Origin: Obrimoposthia wandeli
Lineage: Eukaryota
Length of the DNA: 64,000 nt
Assembly: GCA_977020255.1 (NCBI GenBank)
Contig: CDROCS010001696.1
Span: 1,116,001 to 1,180,000 of the forward strand
Direction: 5' to 3'
A model generated the notes under the pieces. That model had not been told where the DNA came from. It ran no database searches and saw only the letters and a program-made list of their open reading frames with translations. Made by a program: the position numbers and the translations under genes. Shown piece after piece: positions 63,343 to 64,000 of this stretch; within the stretch, counting starts at the first letter, position 1; the number at the start of each line of letters is the position of its first letter.

Positions 63343-63380
63343 GGATGTATCCGGTTTAATCCACCACCACCCTCCCGAGA
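63343..63380 (+). repeat. Degenerate copy of the mini-Polinton TIR
   Basis: ggatgtatccggtttaatccacc matches ggatgtgtccggtctaatccacc (20447-20469) at 21 of 23 positions. Confidence 0.7.
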
Positions 63381-63519
63381 CAGTGGATGGTACGGTGGTC
63401 AAGATGAATATAATGAAATTGGAAAATAAAGCGCATATGATACTTGAATTCCATCAAGAGCGATTTCTAGCTGGTCCATGCGATTCCTGGTTTACCATTT
63501 AACTTCGGAAATTCACCAA

Positions 63520-64000
63520 TTTGTCCGACCGTTCCATACCACTGTCACTAAATCCCTATATATGACTTTATGAATTCTTTTCAATATAGTCTTTAAACAC
63601 AAAGTTTTGACTAAAGCTTATAGACTGATGAATTCGAGTGACTTTTGCTCCTAACTATAAGTAGAATTGAAGAAGCCGCCAATGCACTACATAATTCAAC
63701 TTATCTTCGTGTGTTAACAATAATCTCTTAACCTTTGAATTAGGTGTACATATATGAACAGGTGCTACTGGAAGATCATAAAATTTATCATGCACATTGG
63801 GAGGGATTATTAAATCAACCTCAATAAAATAGCCGACGTTTGATGAAACTGTATCAACAGTAACCAAATCTGTCATCAACTTATTCAACTCTTCCTCATT
63901 ATAAACCCACTTAAAGTTGGCATGTGATAGAGGTTGAGAAAGCGCCCACCCATAAAAATTATTAATATCTATGTACAAAATCTCAGTGGATTGATTTTTG
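63520..64000 (-). pseudogene. Second Polinton pPolB, partial and decayed
   Basis: MYIDINNFYGWALSQPLSHANFKWV...YFIEVDL...DKFYDLPVAP...LLLTHEDKLNYVVHWRLLQFYL, paralogous to 59611-59994. Continues beyond the window. Confidence 0.9.

Overview
AT-rich animal genomic DNA with very short host introns (one is 36 nt, 673-708). Two host genes are recognisable: the 3' part of an ARHGEF17-like gene (+, ending 5622) and a DZANK1 gene (-, 8486-33408) whose introns hold transposon debris (mariner, pogo/Tigger, Gypsy, BEL/Pao, a piggyBac-type MITE). The window is dominated by Polinton/Maverick (adintovirus-like) elements that share 5'-AGTAGG termini. (i) A complete 3.5-kb mini-Polinton at 20440-23918 has TIRs and a perfect 6-bp TSD. 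(ii) An 11.3-kb element at 44608-55912 carries IAP, TBP-like, pseudophosphatase, packaging ATPase, integrase, penton and major capsid genes, but no polymerase or protease. A 28S rRNA fragment sits between its IAP TATA box and the IAP ORF. (iii) Further ends and two decayed protein-primed PolB genes lie at 57474-64000, flanking a GC-rich secreted C-type lectin gene. (iv) Polinton-type terminal sequences in inverted orientation (28255-31423) enclose a decayed RT-RNase H whose motifs look more hepadnavirus/HEART-like than DIRS-like. Both Polinton TBP-like genes need a 34-38 nt GT-AG intron removed at the same codon. All assignments come from manual translation and recalled motifs, not database searches. 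Boundaries of decayed remnants are approximate.
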